From assembly GCA_963749495.1 (NCBI GenBank), contig CAVVMW010000008.1, positions 32,001-96,000 of the forward strand: a stretch of DNA of 64,000 bases, written 5' to 3'. Below the pieces are notes generated by a model that saw only the letters and a program-made list of their open reading frames with translations, did not search any database and was not told where the DNA came from. This document shows, in pieces, positions 19,732 to 30,355 of this stretch (position 1 is the first letter of the stretch; every line of letters begins with the position of its first letter). A program made the translations under genes and the position numbers. The stretch is from an uncultured bacterium (lineage in GTDB: Bacteria; Verrucomicrobiota; Verrucomicrobiia; Limisphaerales; UBA8199).

Positions 19732-21497
19732 GCTTTGTCCGCAAACCACCAGAGCTTGCCGGTGGCGCCTCCCAGTTTCGCCTCCACCAGCTCGAATTCC
19801 TTTCCAACGCTTTCTTCGAGGACGGTTTTCACGTCCAACCCCGTCTGCAGCGTGCCGAACAGGCCGCGCTTGGCGAGGACTGGGTCCACCTGGTTGATCA
19901 GGATGGTGTAGGGAGTCGGCTCGGCGCGGCAGGCGATAACTTCACGACATGTCTCGATCACGATGCGCCTGAATCGCTCCTCGCTAATCTCCTCCATCCG
20001 GCGAGCGGGCCGGGCGGTCTTGACAAAGCGCAAATAGAAATCCCCCTGCGCGCTGCCGAAAGGCTGCAACATCGCTTTCGCCGACACCTGGCCCAGCGGT
20101 TGGTGGTGGATGTGCTCATAGTCAAAGCCGGAAAAGACGCCCGCCCTCACCGTCGCATTCCTGACCATGAACGTTGGGTTGTGGAAGGTCAGGGTCAGGC
20201 AGCCTTCCGGCCGCAGTACCCTGTAGAAGCCTTGAAAGCTGCTGTTGAGCAGCGCATAGTAAACCTCGAATGGCTTCTTCTGCCGCTCGTTGCGCACAAT
20301 TTCGTGCGTGACGATTCTCTCGGTGTAACGGAAATCCTGCTTGAGCCAGGCGTTCCAAAGGTAGGACAGCTCCCCATACTGAATCGAGGCGTCGTACGGC
20401 GGATCGGTGAAGATGTAATCCACGCTCTCTTCAGGCATCTTTTTCATCAACTCCACGCAGTCATCGGTAACGACCGCGATATCGGCCTCGCCTTCGATCA
20501 CCTTGCGCCAGTCGTCGGTCAGCTTGACCTTCCCCAACGCTTCGTTGGACTCATTCTTGGCGTTAATGATCCCCTGAGGCCCAATGAGCGCGCCCTCGAA
20601 TTTGTCCCAAACGTTTTGCTCCAGGAACCGGCCCGCGGACCAATAACTGTGCTGGGTCCAGCCTGGCGAGCTGAAATAGGTGTAATGGTTCGACTCGGCA
20701 GGCATTCCGACCGGCATCATCCGCGTGCAAAGGTGGATCATTGACGTAAACGCGCCGAGCAGGAATTTTCGCATCTGAGGGCTGGTCTCCCGCTCGATGG
20801 CCTCGTAGAGCATCGCTGCCGCACGAAGGTTGCGCTTGGTGAAGAGCTGTTCGAGGGAATCGTAACGTTGCTTTTCCTTAAAGGGCTCGCCATCCGGATA
20901 AAAGAGGCGGTTGCGCGGGTACCATTCCCTGATGCGCCGTCCCTCGAGTTCCGCGGTGGCTTCAACGTCTTCCCTGCGGGGCTTGCAGCCGGTTTCGCAA
21001 CGGTGCTCGCAGTGCGGGCAGGCCTTGTAGCGGACCTCGGCCAATTCATCCCCTTCGCGCACAAAACAGTCGGCTATCAGGGGCCGGCCGCAGTTCAGGC
21101 AGTGGGCGGTGTACAGCTCGGCGATCCGCTCCCTCGCGCGCTCCCGAACTCGCTCGAAGGCCTCGCGCAATTTCAAGGCGCTCACCTGCTGGAGCGTCAG
21201 CTCGATTATCTGAGTCGCGGCCGGATTGAGATCGCAGACAATCGCCCGCCGTTTATGGCGCGCCGCCTCGATGGCGACCACGCCGCTGCCGGCGAACGGA
21301 TCAAAGACGACTTGGTGCGGCTGTGTGTAGGCCCGGATGTGCTCGCCGACAACATTCCACGTCTTGCGCGACCAGTATTTATGCCACACGTACATGGCCG
21401 TGTGCGGCTCAGGCGGGATTTGACGATTGATGTGCTCGAACCTCGGGGGCGTAATACGGCCGATCCGGGCATGGGCGAGTTCGGGCGTCTTCATCAC
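19695..21497 (-). CDS. DNA amino-methyltransferase, copy B; C-terminal nuclease region deleted
   Basis: Close paralog of copy A with DPFAGSG and DPPY intact; similarity ends after KLWWFADKAFA. Confidence 0.85.
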   Translation of the reverse strand: MMKTPELAHARIGRITPPRFEHINRQIPPEPHTAMYVWHKYWSRKTWNVVGEHIRAYTQPHQVVFDPFAGSGVVAIEAARHKRRAIVCDLNPAATQIIELTLQQVSALKLREAFERVRERARERIAELYTAHCLNCGRPLIADCFVREGDELAEVRYKACPHCEHRCETGCKPRREDVEATAELEGRRIREWYPRNRLFYPDGEPFKEKQRYDSLEQLFTKRNLRAAAMLYEAIERETSPQMRKFLLGAFTSMIHLCTRMMPVGMPAESNHYTYFSSPGWTQHSYWSAGRFLEQNVWDKFEGALIGPQGIINAKNESNEALGKVKLTDDWRKVIEGEADIAVVTDDCVELMKKMPEESVDYIFTDPPYDASIQYGELSYLWNAWLKQDFRYTERIVTHEIVRNERQKKPFEVYYALLNSSFQGFYRVLRPEGCLTLTFHNPTFMVRNATVRAGVFSGFDYEHIHHQPLGQVSAKAMLQPFGSAQGDFYLRFVKTARPARRMEEISEERFRRIVIETCREVIACRAEPTPYTILINQVDPVLAKRGLFGTLQTGLDVKTVLEESVGKEFELVEAKLGGATGKLWWFADKAFAGADVPQRTS

Positions 21498-21584
21498 GTT
21501 TCGCGGGCGACTTCTTTCAATAATCGAGCACTAAAGGTCAAACCGGGCGCCAGCACAAGCGGGATTCGACAATTTCCCAGGTCA
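21494..21584 (-). pseudogene. Internally deleted second copy of the RadC-HhH gene
   Basis: DLGNCRIPLVLAPGLTFSA joined to RLLKEVARET*, matching the two ends of ORF 19171-19512. Confidence 0.75.
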
Positions 21585-21617
21585 ACCCGTCGCTCGCGCC
21601 GATGTTGCTTTGGGGTC

Positions 21618-21768
21618 AATTGTAAATTGACAATTGCAAATTGAAAACTGCACATTCCTGAAAACTATGAACTCGGAAGATTTGTCGGAGCGGCTGTGGC
21701 GGTTCGCGGCCAGGGTGGGAAAAGCAGGTCCAATCTGCAATTTGCAATTCTCAATTTTCAATTTCAAC
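21618..21768 (+). pseudogene. Second four-helix-bundle remnant between inverted heptamer arms
   Basis: MNSEDLSERLWRFAARVGK (from 21667) flanked by AAATTGA/CAATTGC-type repeats on the left and their reverse complement on the right. Confidence 0.75.
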
Positions 21769-21774
21769 TCCCCT

Positions 21775-23927
21775 ATGTTCGCGCTTCTCTTGCACCAGAG
21801 GTGGTTTCGGACTTGCACCTGCGCCGCCCTGCTCGTTTCGGGGCTCGCCCCGTTGCCGCTGGGCGGCCAGCCCGTTCCGGCCTCCAGCAGCACCTGGCCC
21901 CAGCCCTACTCCGTCCAGCGGGACGAGGCGCGCGGCGTCCTGGCCCTGCGCACCTCCTTCTACACTGTCGAGCACGACTTAAAACAAGGGGGCGCCATTT
22001 CCCGCATCGCCCTCACGCATGGCCGGGCCGCCAATCTCCTGGCCCGCCCCATCGAGACACGCGTTCGCGACCAGAGCGGCGCCGTGCTGAGCAACCTCAA
22101 GGCTCCCGCCCCCGCGGTCACCCACGCCCGGGATGGCCTGCACGAGGTCGTCACCGTCGAGTGCGCCCTGGCCGATGAGCAAGGACGCGCCTCGGCCCTC
22201 CGCGTCAAGACCACCTTCGATTATCGGTGGGGCTATGTCAGAGTCCACAAAGAGTTCCTCGTTCCGGGCGGCGGCTTTCGCGCCTTGGAGGTTTGCCCGG
22301 TCTCGACCGTGCTCGCCCCCGGCCTCACCGATTACGGCTACCGGGAAGGCACCACGGAGGAGGAGGGCGCTCCGCCTTTCGCCTTCGGGAGCAACCTCTG
22401 GGGAAGGTCGCGCCCGGGCCAATCCGCAGAACCGGCCATCCAGGCGCGCTACATCCCCCGTTCCATGATCTTTGCCGACCCGGGCGTCGAGGGCCTGGAA
22501 TGGTTCGCGGCCTCGGACCTTTCCCAATGGGACCTGCAACTGACTGGACGCCGCGGCCAGGGGCGGTGCCTGCTCGGTCCCAGCCGCCAGCCGCCCGGCC
22601 TGGCGCTCTCGCTCGCCCCGCTCTGGAGCACCAATGGCGCGGTGAGCTTGCCGCGCGCTTGCGTCTTCGATTTCTATTTCGCCGTCCCCCTCATCGAGGG
22701 GCATGCCCTCAAACCCTGGCTGCACACCTCCTTCAACCGCAACCAGGGCAACTGGGTTTCTCCCGAGCAGATCCGCCTCTGGCGCGACCAAGGCTACCAA
22801 ACCGTCCACTGCCACAATGACGGGGATTATTACAACGACGGGCTGTTCTGGCGCGACGGCTCCTACCCGCCCTATCCGGACATGGACCGCTACGACCAGG
22901 CCCTGCGCGAGTGCCGCCGCGCCGGCATCCGCACCGCAACCTATTTCTCCAACAAAGAACTCCACCCCAGCACCCGCGAATTCCAGGAGCACGGCCCAGC
23001 CTGGGGCCGCATGAACCGCAAGGGCGGCCTCCAGCACAACTTCTACCGCCCCCAGAGCGAGTTCGGCGCTCAAATGTGCCTCCGCTCCGGCTGGCTCGAC
23101 TTCCTCAAGCTCTCCATCGACCGCGTCCTCAAGAACAGTCCTCTGGACGGCGTCTATTACGACTGGAACGTCGCCCTGCTCTGCTGCAACCCGCTGCACG
23201 AGGGCCGCAGCGGCGCCAACGCCCCGGCCCAAGGCCATTGGGACATCGATGAACTGCTCAACCTCATGGAATGGACCCGCCAGCGCGTGGGACCCGCGGC
23301 CTCATCATCGTCCACAACACCACCACGCCGATGTTCGCCACCGAGAACTTCGCCGACTACGTGGTGGCGACCGAGTGGGGCTACGGGAAATGGACCGACC
23401 GCGCCCCGCCGCTTCAGGACCTGCCGCTGGAATGGTCGCTGGCAGGCGCGCGCCCCCGGGGCGTCATCAGCTACGGCACCCTCGACAGCCAGGCGCCTCG
23501 CCGCCTGCACCGGCTCTTCGCCATCGAGGCGCTCCTGGGCGGGGTGGCCCCATGGCCCGCCAGCCCGGAGACCTTCGACCTGCTCCCGCGCTTGAAACCA
23601 ATCGGCGACATCGAATCCTGCCGCTTCGCCGATTGGCGAAACCAGGCCGTCAGCCTGTCAGACACCCGCTGCGCCTCCGCCATTTACAGCCGCCCGGGCG
23701 AGGCCTGGCTGCTGCTGGCCAACCTTGAAAAGGACCCCCGCCAGGTCACCTGCCGGCTCCAGCCCGACAAGCTTCCATGCCCCCTGGCCCGTCCGCTCTC
23801 CACCGCCAGCCTGGTGGCCGGGCCGGCCCAGGCCGCCGCCCCCGCTCTGGACGCCCGCCAGTTGTCCGGCCCCGGCATCCAGATCACCATCCCCGGCGAC
23901 AACGCCCTCCTGATCCAGGTTCGCTAG
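21775..23927 (+). CDS. Secreted putative glycoside hydrolase-like protein; frameshift near 23293
   Basis: Signal peptide; FGAQMCL.SGW.DF, DGVYYDW; continuation GLIIVHNTT..FATENFAD lies in a second frame. Confidence 0.6.
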
Positions 23928-23964
23928 GCCCACTAAATCCGAACAACCAACATGGGCACACACA

Positions 23965-24085
23965 TGAGGGTTTTGGACCTTTGTCGCGGCCTTTGTCGCG
24001 GCCTTTGCCGAATGTGGATTCTCTCGACAAAGGAGGCGACAAAGGCTGCGACAAAGGTTGTGCCAATGGTTACGTGGTTCGATTT
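23965..24085. repeat. Dispersed hairpin element built from 12-mer repeats (copy 1)
   Basis: (CCTTTGTCGCGG)n...(GCGACAAAGG)n; a reverse-complement copy lies at 39730-39850. Confidence 0.8.
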
Positions 24086-24099
24086 AGCTAGGCCCAACC

Positions 24100-24170
24100 T
24101 CCTATATGTTGGCGAAGTGCCCAAACTCAAAGCCTGTTATTCTCAAGGCAGAACCATTGACGAACTCCTT
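24100..24170 (+). pseudogene. HicB-like antitoxin fragment
   Basis: YVGEVPKLKACYSQGRTIDELL. Confidence 0.6.
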
Positions 24171-24189
24171 TCACGACCCCGCCACGCTT

Positions 24190-24415
24190 TGGAGGCGGGA
24201 GGCGGCGTCGGAGCCCTGAGTATGATTGAGCGCCGGCCAGGGCATCGAGACCTGGTAGCGGCGGAGGTACTGGTCGTATGCGCTGGTGACGGCCAGGCCG
24301 CTCAGCAGGTGGTAGCCGCCGTAGGTTTCGCTGAGCAATTGATTGGCGTCGTCGAAGGCGAGGGTGACGAGGCCAGTGGCGCCCTGGGTGACGGTGGCCG
24401 GGCGCCCGCGCCATG
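24190..24415 (-). pseudogene. RHS/YD-repeat fragment
   Basis: Manual translation: GRPATVTQG...LAFDDANQLLSETYGG...LAVTSAYDQYLRR...DAASRL. Confidence 0.55.
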
Positions 24416-24453
24416 GGAAAAGTTATAGACCCCTTTCTGGTCGCACCTCGCGA

Positions 24454-27400
24454 CTATTTGCCGAACCTTGCTAGTGCCTGTTCAACGTCCAGCGCCCAGA
24501 CGGTACCCGCAGACCGGTTTCTGACCACCTCCTCCCACGCGTGGACGATGGTCCGGCTGTCCGCAGACCAGTAAAAGGTCCCGACAACGCCTTCCAGCAG
24601 TTTCTCCACTTTGCCGCTATCCACGTGCAGCACGAACAGCCTGTAGGGTTCCATCAACTTGGCTCCGTTGAACGCGAGACTCTTGCCATCCGGCGACCAG
24701 CAGAGCCAATCGGCAAAGTCCACCCCCAAGTCTGCCAATGTGACCATCGTGCGCGGAGGGCCCCGGTGACGGGCACCGCCCAGATCTGGCCGGCGAATCC
24801 GACGACGATTTCTCGCCCCTTAGGTGTCCAGGTGTAATTACGTGCGCAGCCGTAGGGCCCGAGCATCAAGGTCCTTGCCTCGCCGCCCGAGGCAGGGACG
24901 ACTCGAAGCGCATTGGCGGAGTGCGAGGCCAGCCTTTCGGTACAAGCCAGCAGCGTTCCATCTGGCGACCACTCGAGCCAGTCCATCCCCGCTTTTCGGT
25001 CCGAATTGCGGGTGACCTGGACCGGGTGCCCCCCGCCAGCAGGGATGATCCAAAGCTCGTTCTGATGGATGGTGGCGAGCTTGGTGCTATCCGGAGACCA
25101 ACTCGCAGGCAAGAGGGCATTGCCGACAAAATCGCTGTTTCGATTGCTGAGCACTTTTCTGGCGGGTCCGGTCGCGCGGCGTTTGGTGAGGGAGACAGGT
25201 GCAACCCAGAGATCCTCGGTGCTCATGTTCGTGCAGGCGGAAAGAAGCAGTCTCTTGCCGTCAGGGGAGAGTGACCGGGGGGCGACATCCCCGGGGATGG
25301 AAACGTCCCACTCGAGCTCCGATGGTTTGAGGCCGGAGAGCGGAAGAATCCAGAGGCGCGACGGCCACGGGGTTGGCTCGTTTGCTTGCCCGCCAGGGAC
25401 GACGATCAGCTTGCTGTCGGGAGACCAGAACAAGTCGTGGGGGACAAGCCACAGCTCTCGACCGAGGTACCGGGAAGTGCCGTCAACGACGGAGAGTGCT
25501 TTGAGCACATTGCGCTCATGGTACGAAGTGCGGTAAAAGAGCAGGCTCTTTCCTTCGGGCGACCAGCCAAAAGGAGTTAGCCCATCCTGTGGTGGCACGA
25601 CCTCAAAAGACCGCTGGTCTGTCAGCCGGGTGAAACGCAGTTTGCCTTCTATGGCCCGCAACAGCCACTGGAGGTCCGGCAACCATAACAACGGCTCGCC
25701 CTCCTCACTGACTTGCCGCGGCGTTCCGCCCTCGGCTGGGATCGTCCAACCACGGCAGTTGACCCGCAACGCGGCGTCCCCACTTTTGTAGGCAATGGTC
25801 TTGCCGTCGGTGGACCACACTGGGCTGCTGTGGAGGCCCGGCTCCGAGGTGAGCTGCCGGAGTCGCCGATCACGAATGAACAGGATATGAAGCTGGCTGT
25901 TCGTTTCGGCTTCCCGTTTCTCGAAGACGATCTGTTCCGAGTCCGGCAACCAGCTCGGACTGGTGGTGTTCGAGAAGTCGCCGTCCAGAAGCTTGCTGGC
26001 CGGTCCGGTGGGCCGCCCCGAATCTGATGAAACCGGGACGAGCCAAAGAGCCTCGTGCTGCACCTGGCAGGCGATGCGCTTGCCATCCGGTGACCACGAC
26101 CCGCGAAAGGCACCGCGAATGTCCACGAGGTCAAACGCCGGGCTGCCATCCACCGGGAAAACGCGCAGATGGGTGAGTTTGCCGTAATCCAGTGAACCTC
26201 CCGGTACGCTGCTGAGCAGAAACTTCCCATTCGGTGAAATGGCGAGGTCAATGACATACTCAATGACGTCGTTCGTCCCGGAAATGGCCGCAACCCGCTT
26301 GTATTCCGGGCCGTCTTTTGGGAAGACGATCACCCGTTCGTCTGGCGGCGGCGCCTCCTTTTTCGCGGCTCGGCTGGGCCGCCCACCCGGCTTGGTGACG
26401 ACGGGTTCAGCCGCCGCGGCATTGGCCGCGGCCTGGCCGCCGCTCTGCGCATCGGTCAGTGTGATCAACCCGAAGGCCGGCGAACAGCGAAGCCGCCAAC
26501 ACCGACCAGCGTGACGTTTTCTTGAATTGTGCGATCATATTGATCCTCCGTTTCATTTGGTTTTTGTCTTCCAGAATTCCGACCAGGCCCGGCACGGCTG
26601 CCGGGCGCGCGAGACTCTCCAGTAGTTTGATGATGGTCTGGCCGTAAGGCTGGTTCTCTTCCTCCTTCACCAGTGAAAGCGCCAGAGCGTCGCAGGCCAG
26701 TTCGCGGTCGGCGCGCATCCGGGAAAAGGCGAACCAGATCACGGGATTGAACCAGTGCGCGATCTGCACCACGGTCATCAGCCAGTTCACGGGCACGTCG
26801 CCGCGCCGGACGTGCGACAGCTCGTGCAGAAACACGTGGCGCAGTTCCGCCGGAGAGAAAGTGGCGGCCATTCTCGGCGGCAGCAACAGCTTCACCCGAA
26901 AGCAGCCAAACAACGCCGGGCTGTCCACTTCTGGAGTTTCGACCACGGCCAACGACGGACGAACACCCGCCACTTGACGGCACTCCTCGAACAGGCCAAG
27001 CACGGTGGGGTCGCTGACCAGAGGACGACGGCGCAGCCGGCGGGCGAAACCGTAGTTGCCCAAACTCAGCCGGGCCCCCAGGAACAAGACCCCTGCCAGC
27101 CAGGTTCCGAGCGCGATCCAAAGACCATATGTTGGGTAGGCACTGGTCTGCGAGGGTGGTAAGGCTGTTGCGCTGGCAGAGGCCGGAGCCGGCGGAGACT
27201 CGGTCCGAGCCGGGCGGTTGCCGGAGCAGTGCCAGGCGAACCAGGTGCCGGACTTCGAGGCAAATCCTCCTTCCCGGAAGCGTGTCCTTGCTTCCGAGAA
27301 CCCCGATTCAACCAGGAATCAAATAGCGCTCCCTTCTTCGCCATTGGCTCAACTTTGGCGAGGTTGAAGACGCTGAAGGGCGTTGCCGGAGCCACCGGCA

Positions 27401-27569
27401 GCAACAACCGAATCAGCACCAGCCACCAGAGCGCGTGGCGCCATTGCGGCGTGAGGCGGGCGCGGAAGAGCCACTGCGCCAGCAGGACCAGCAAAACCAG
27501 CACCGATGCCTGCCAGGTGGCCCGCCAGAGCCAATTCAGACCCGACTCCAGAACGTAGGTCGCATTCAT
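24454..27569 (-). CDS. BlaR1/MecR1-type M56 peptidase sensor fused to PD40/TolB-like beta-propeller repeats; three frameshifts
   Basis: WRHALWWLVLIRLLLP; HELSH, HWFNP, DRELACD, MKRRI; many WSPDG repeats. Frame changes near 27130-27240, 26475 and 24755. Confidence 0.8.
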
Positions 27570-27570
27570 C

Positions 27571-27945
27571 TCACCCCTGCTTTCGTTCCAACATGCGCTT
27601 CAGCTCCTCCAGATCCGCGGCCGTCAGCCGCTGCCTCTTCACGAAATGCACGAGCAGCGGCTTGACCGATCCGCCGAAAAGCCGCTGCAGAAACAACTCG
27701 CTCTCGGCGTGGACACAGTCCTCCTCCGATACCAATGGGTAGTAGAGGTACAGGTTCTTGTATTTCTTGACGCCCAGGGCCTTCTTCTTGTGCAAGCGGC
27801 TGAGGATGGTCTTGATGGTGTTGGGGTGCCAGTCCTCGCTCTTTCCCAGGACTTCGATGATGTCGTAGGCGCCTTGCGGCGACTTGGCCCACAGGAGCTT
27901 CATGACTTTCCATTCGGCCTCGGAGATGCATGGAATCTTGGCCAT
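27571..27945 (-). CDS. BlaI/MecI/CopY family repressor
   Basis: ISEAEWKVMKLLW, WHPNTIKTILSRL..K, YYPLVSEE, FGGS..PLL.HF. Confidence 0.93.
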   Translation of the reverse strand: MAKIPCISEAEWKVMKLLWAKSPQGAYDIIEVLGKSEDWHPNTIKTILSRLHKKKALGVKKYKNLYLYYPLVSEEDCVHAESELFLQRLFGGSVKPLLVHFVKRQRLTAADLEELKRMLERKQG

Positions 27946-27977
27946 AGACTTGATAGTAACTATTGATATCGTCTAAC

Positions 27978-28005
27978 AAACTACACGTATAGTCGAAATA
28001 GTCAA
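27978..28005 (-). promoter_or_regulatory. Sigma70 promoter overlapped by a BlaI-type operator
   Basis: Minus-strand TTGACT-16 nt-TAGTTT; near-palindrome ACTACAcgTATAGT (27980-27993) resembles the BlaI/MecI box TACA-NN-TGTA. Confidence 0.7.
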
Positions 28006-28345
28006 GCAGAAAAATGCGAAGCGGTTTACCCCACGACTTGGGCACGCCTCCGGAGCGGAGCGTGTGGGGTTGCCGAGCAGGGGGGACCTCTCGCGCCTCG
28101 CGTGCGGGAACCGGCGGTTCTGGGGGACGCCCCAGACGCTGGGGCGCCGAGCGGCTGGCACGCTTTCTGCCCGACCGGTGCATTTGTGAAATCAGTTCTT
28201 AGTTTGCGTAATTCATTCACCGCTTGTTTTTCTTCTCCCTTCCCTGCCAACAGAGCAGGCGAACCAGGTGGGTTTTTGTGCCCATGTGCAGCGCCTTCGC
28301 GACCCAGGCCAGCGTCATGGCGTCACCCGGACGGCCGGGTCGTCA

Positions 28346-28443
28346 CTGTCCTGGTCATCCCCGAAGATCGGCTCCTGCCGGTCGCCCGGGTTCATGACGT
28401 GATAGATTGCCCCAGGGTATTGGATGCGCAATTTCCGGGCCAT
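28346..28443 (-). pseudogene. REP-associated tyrosine (Y1/HUH) transposase, N-terminal fragment
   Basis: MARKLRIQYPGAIYHVMNPGDRQEPIFGDDQD; nearby TGACCCCT repeats at about 28500-28518. Confidence 0.75.
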
Positions 28444-28763
28444 GCGTCCAGACTACCCCCCACCCCCCCTCTGTCGTCTCAAAACATTACATTCTCATTG
28501 ACCCCTTTATGACCCCTCGGCTCGGCTGTCCCAAGATACCCTCCTCGCGGGCGGTGGTGTCGAGGCAGGCCGACAACCCTTCCCAGTCCAAGCGCCGGGA
28601 GGCAGCCAGAGCGGGGTCCTCGGTTTGGCTGGCCAGCTCGTCATGCAGGCACAGGATGTCGTCGCTCCCGTCGGGGTTTACGACAACTTTTACAAGCAGC
28701 TTCTTGGGGAAAATGGCGGCCACAGTGACCGGGCCGACCGCCGGCTCCGGCGGTATCGTTCGC

Positions 28764-29957
28764 TCATGGAGGCAACTGGCTTTTGACCCGGTAAAAGGCG
28801 CCGGATGAAGTGCCGCTCAGGGGCTCGGACCAATTCGTGCTCGCGGTCGTGCTGAGGAAAGTGAACACACTCGTCCACGCGCTTGCTGCCTTCAGATCGA
28901 AGGAACGCTCGACCTGGTTCGTAATCCCGATCGGGCAATCAAGAATGTCGAACGTTATCATCCCGTTGGCAACGGCCACCCCGCTCAACAAGGGCTGCGT
29001 TGGAGCGATGCACTCGAACGAAATGTCGCTGCTCATGGCGCCGGCCCATCCCCCGGCGTATTGCCCCCCGCTCCCGTGAAAGGACTCTTCCGTGAGGGTC
29101 ATCCGGGCGTCATACTCGCCGGGCGCCAGGTGGATGCCACCTACCGGCAGGCGCTCCCACTCGCCGAAGATACTTATGGTGGTCTGAGGGTAATCCGCCG
29201 CATAAGCCGGTTGGGATGTTGACGGGGTAAAAGTGCTGGTTTGAAGCGGTCCGTCCGCCGGGTCGCGCGCGCGCTCGATGGTCTTCCAGAGCACATGATA
29301 ACTGCTGTTCGCTTCGAACGACAGCGCAACGTTGCCTTGGCTGTCAGTGATGAAGTACGCCAACACCCAATATCCCGTAAACTGATAGTGCTTCCCGGTC
29401 GGACTGGTCGAGTCAGCCACGTCCCGCCGGGCAAAATAGGTCGTATCGTTCGGGGTTGGCGCATAGCCAGTGCCCTTGTCGTTGAGGTTCGCCCCGTTCA
29501 CCCAGCCGGCGCCATTCCACTCTTCCTGCCACCAGCGGCCCACCAGGCCGATGCGCTCGCTGTCGGCGGTTCCCGGCGTGCCCTCCAGCTTGAGCTGGTA
29601 GGCGAAATTGGGTTTCAGGTTCGTTGCTGCCACCACGCCCCGCAAGCTTTGCGCAGGCGTCTCAAACGTGACCTGCACCTGGGCCTTCGTGTAATTGTAG
29701 CTGCCGCGGTAAGCGGCGCTGTAGGCCTGGTCTGCGACATCAAGCCATCGATAGTTGCCGGTCGGAGAGGGTGAGCCGGACTCAATATCCGTCAGCGTAA
29801 TAGTGGCGCCGAGCGCACTGCCGCCAGAAGCAACCAGACAGGCGCTCAACCCCAGCAAGACCCTGATTCCAGCACTGATCGGAAATTGCTTTTTTGCCGC
29901 GCCGCGAGTTATTGACGCTTCGCGGGTGAGGGAGAATTGGTTTCCGGTCCCGCTCAT
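28764..29957 (-). CDS. Secreted hypothetical protein with a C-terminal ...W......FYRV module
   Basis: Hydrophobic signal-like segment, Thr/Gly/aromatic-rich body, ends VERSFDL...W...GAFYRVKS. Start uncertain. Confidence 0.6.
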   Translation of the reverse strand: MSGTGNQFSLTREASITRGAAKKQFPISAGIRVLLGLSACLVASGGSALGATITLTDIESGSPSPTGNYRWLDVADQAYSAAYRGSYNYTKAQVQVTFETPAQSLRGVVAATNLKPNFAYQLKLEGTPGTADSERIGLVGRWWQEEWNGAGWVNGANLNDKGTGYAPTPNDTTYFARRDVADSTSPTGKHYQFTGYWVLAYFITDSQGNVALSFEANSSYHVLWKTIERARDPADGPLQTSTFTPSTSQPAYAADYPQTTISIFGEWERLPVGGIHLAPGEYDARMTLTEESFHGSGGQYAGGWAGAMSSDISFECIAPTQPLLSGVAVANGMITFDILDCPIGITNQVERSFDLKAASAWTSVFTFLSTTASTNWSEPLSGTSSGAFYRVKSQLPP

Positions 29958-30204
29958 TTTCTTTTGATGCTGCCAGACGGGGACCAGGCTGTCAACAGGC
30001 AGGTGTTGCCGGTTTCTCGCCGGTTTGGGCGCAGCTCGGGGGCGCTGGCGCGTGGTCGCGCCTGAGGACTGGCCCAGCGGCTGAAAGTTGCGCGGCGGAG
30101 GAGCCGGTTGTCGGCCGACCTGGCCGCGGAGATCCGCGTCCGAGTAAACGCTCGCCTCGAATCCAGCCTTCCAGAGGACGATTGTCAATCGGTGAGCACG
30201 TTTT

Positions 30205-30311
30205 TGCCCCGCGCCCTTTCAGGGCGCGCCTAATCTCCCTGGGGCATGGTCCCAGGGCATCGGCCTGGCGGCCTCAGCCCTGGGCTAGGCTCTGCCGGCC
30301 CTTTGGGCCGG
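30205..30311. repeat. REP-like arm (left), inverted relative to 31136-31240
   Basis: CCCAGGGCATCGGCCTGGCGGCCTCAGCCCTGGGCTAGGCTCTG. Confidence 0.8.
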
Positions 30312-30355
30312 AGAGTTGTCAGGTTGGATGAAGTCTTCTCAGCGCTGGCCGGCGC

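Noticed and set aside
19591..21768. Diversity-generating retroelement (four-helix bundle resembles Avd; duplicated sequence)
   Set aside because: No reverse transcriptase, and the duplication spans whole genes rather than a short adenine-specific TR/VR pair.
23965..24085. Possible CRISPR array among the repeat clusters
   Set aside because: Tandem or inverted short units without unique spacers; no cas genes in the window.
28487..28723. 78-aa ORF resembling a fragment of a sigma/HTH-like gene
   Set aside because: Too short and lacking diagnostic motifs to support a call.
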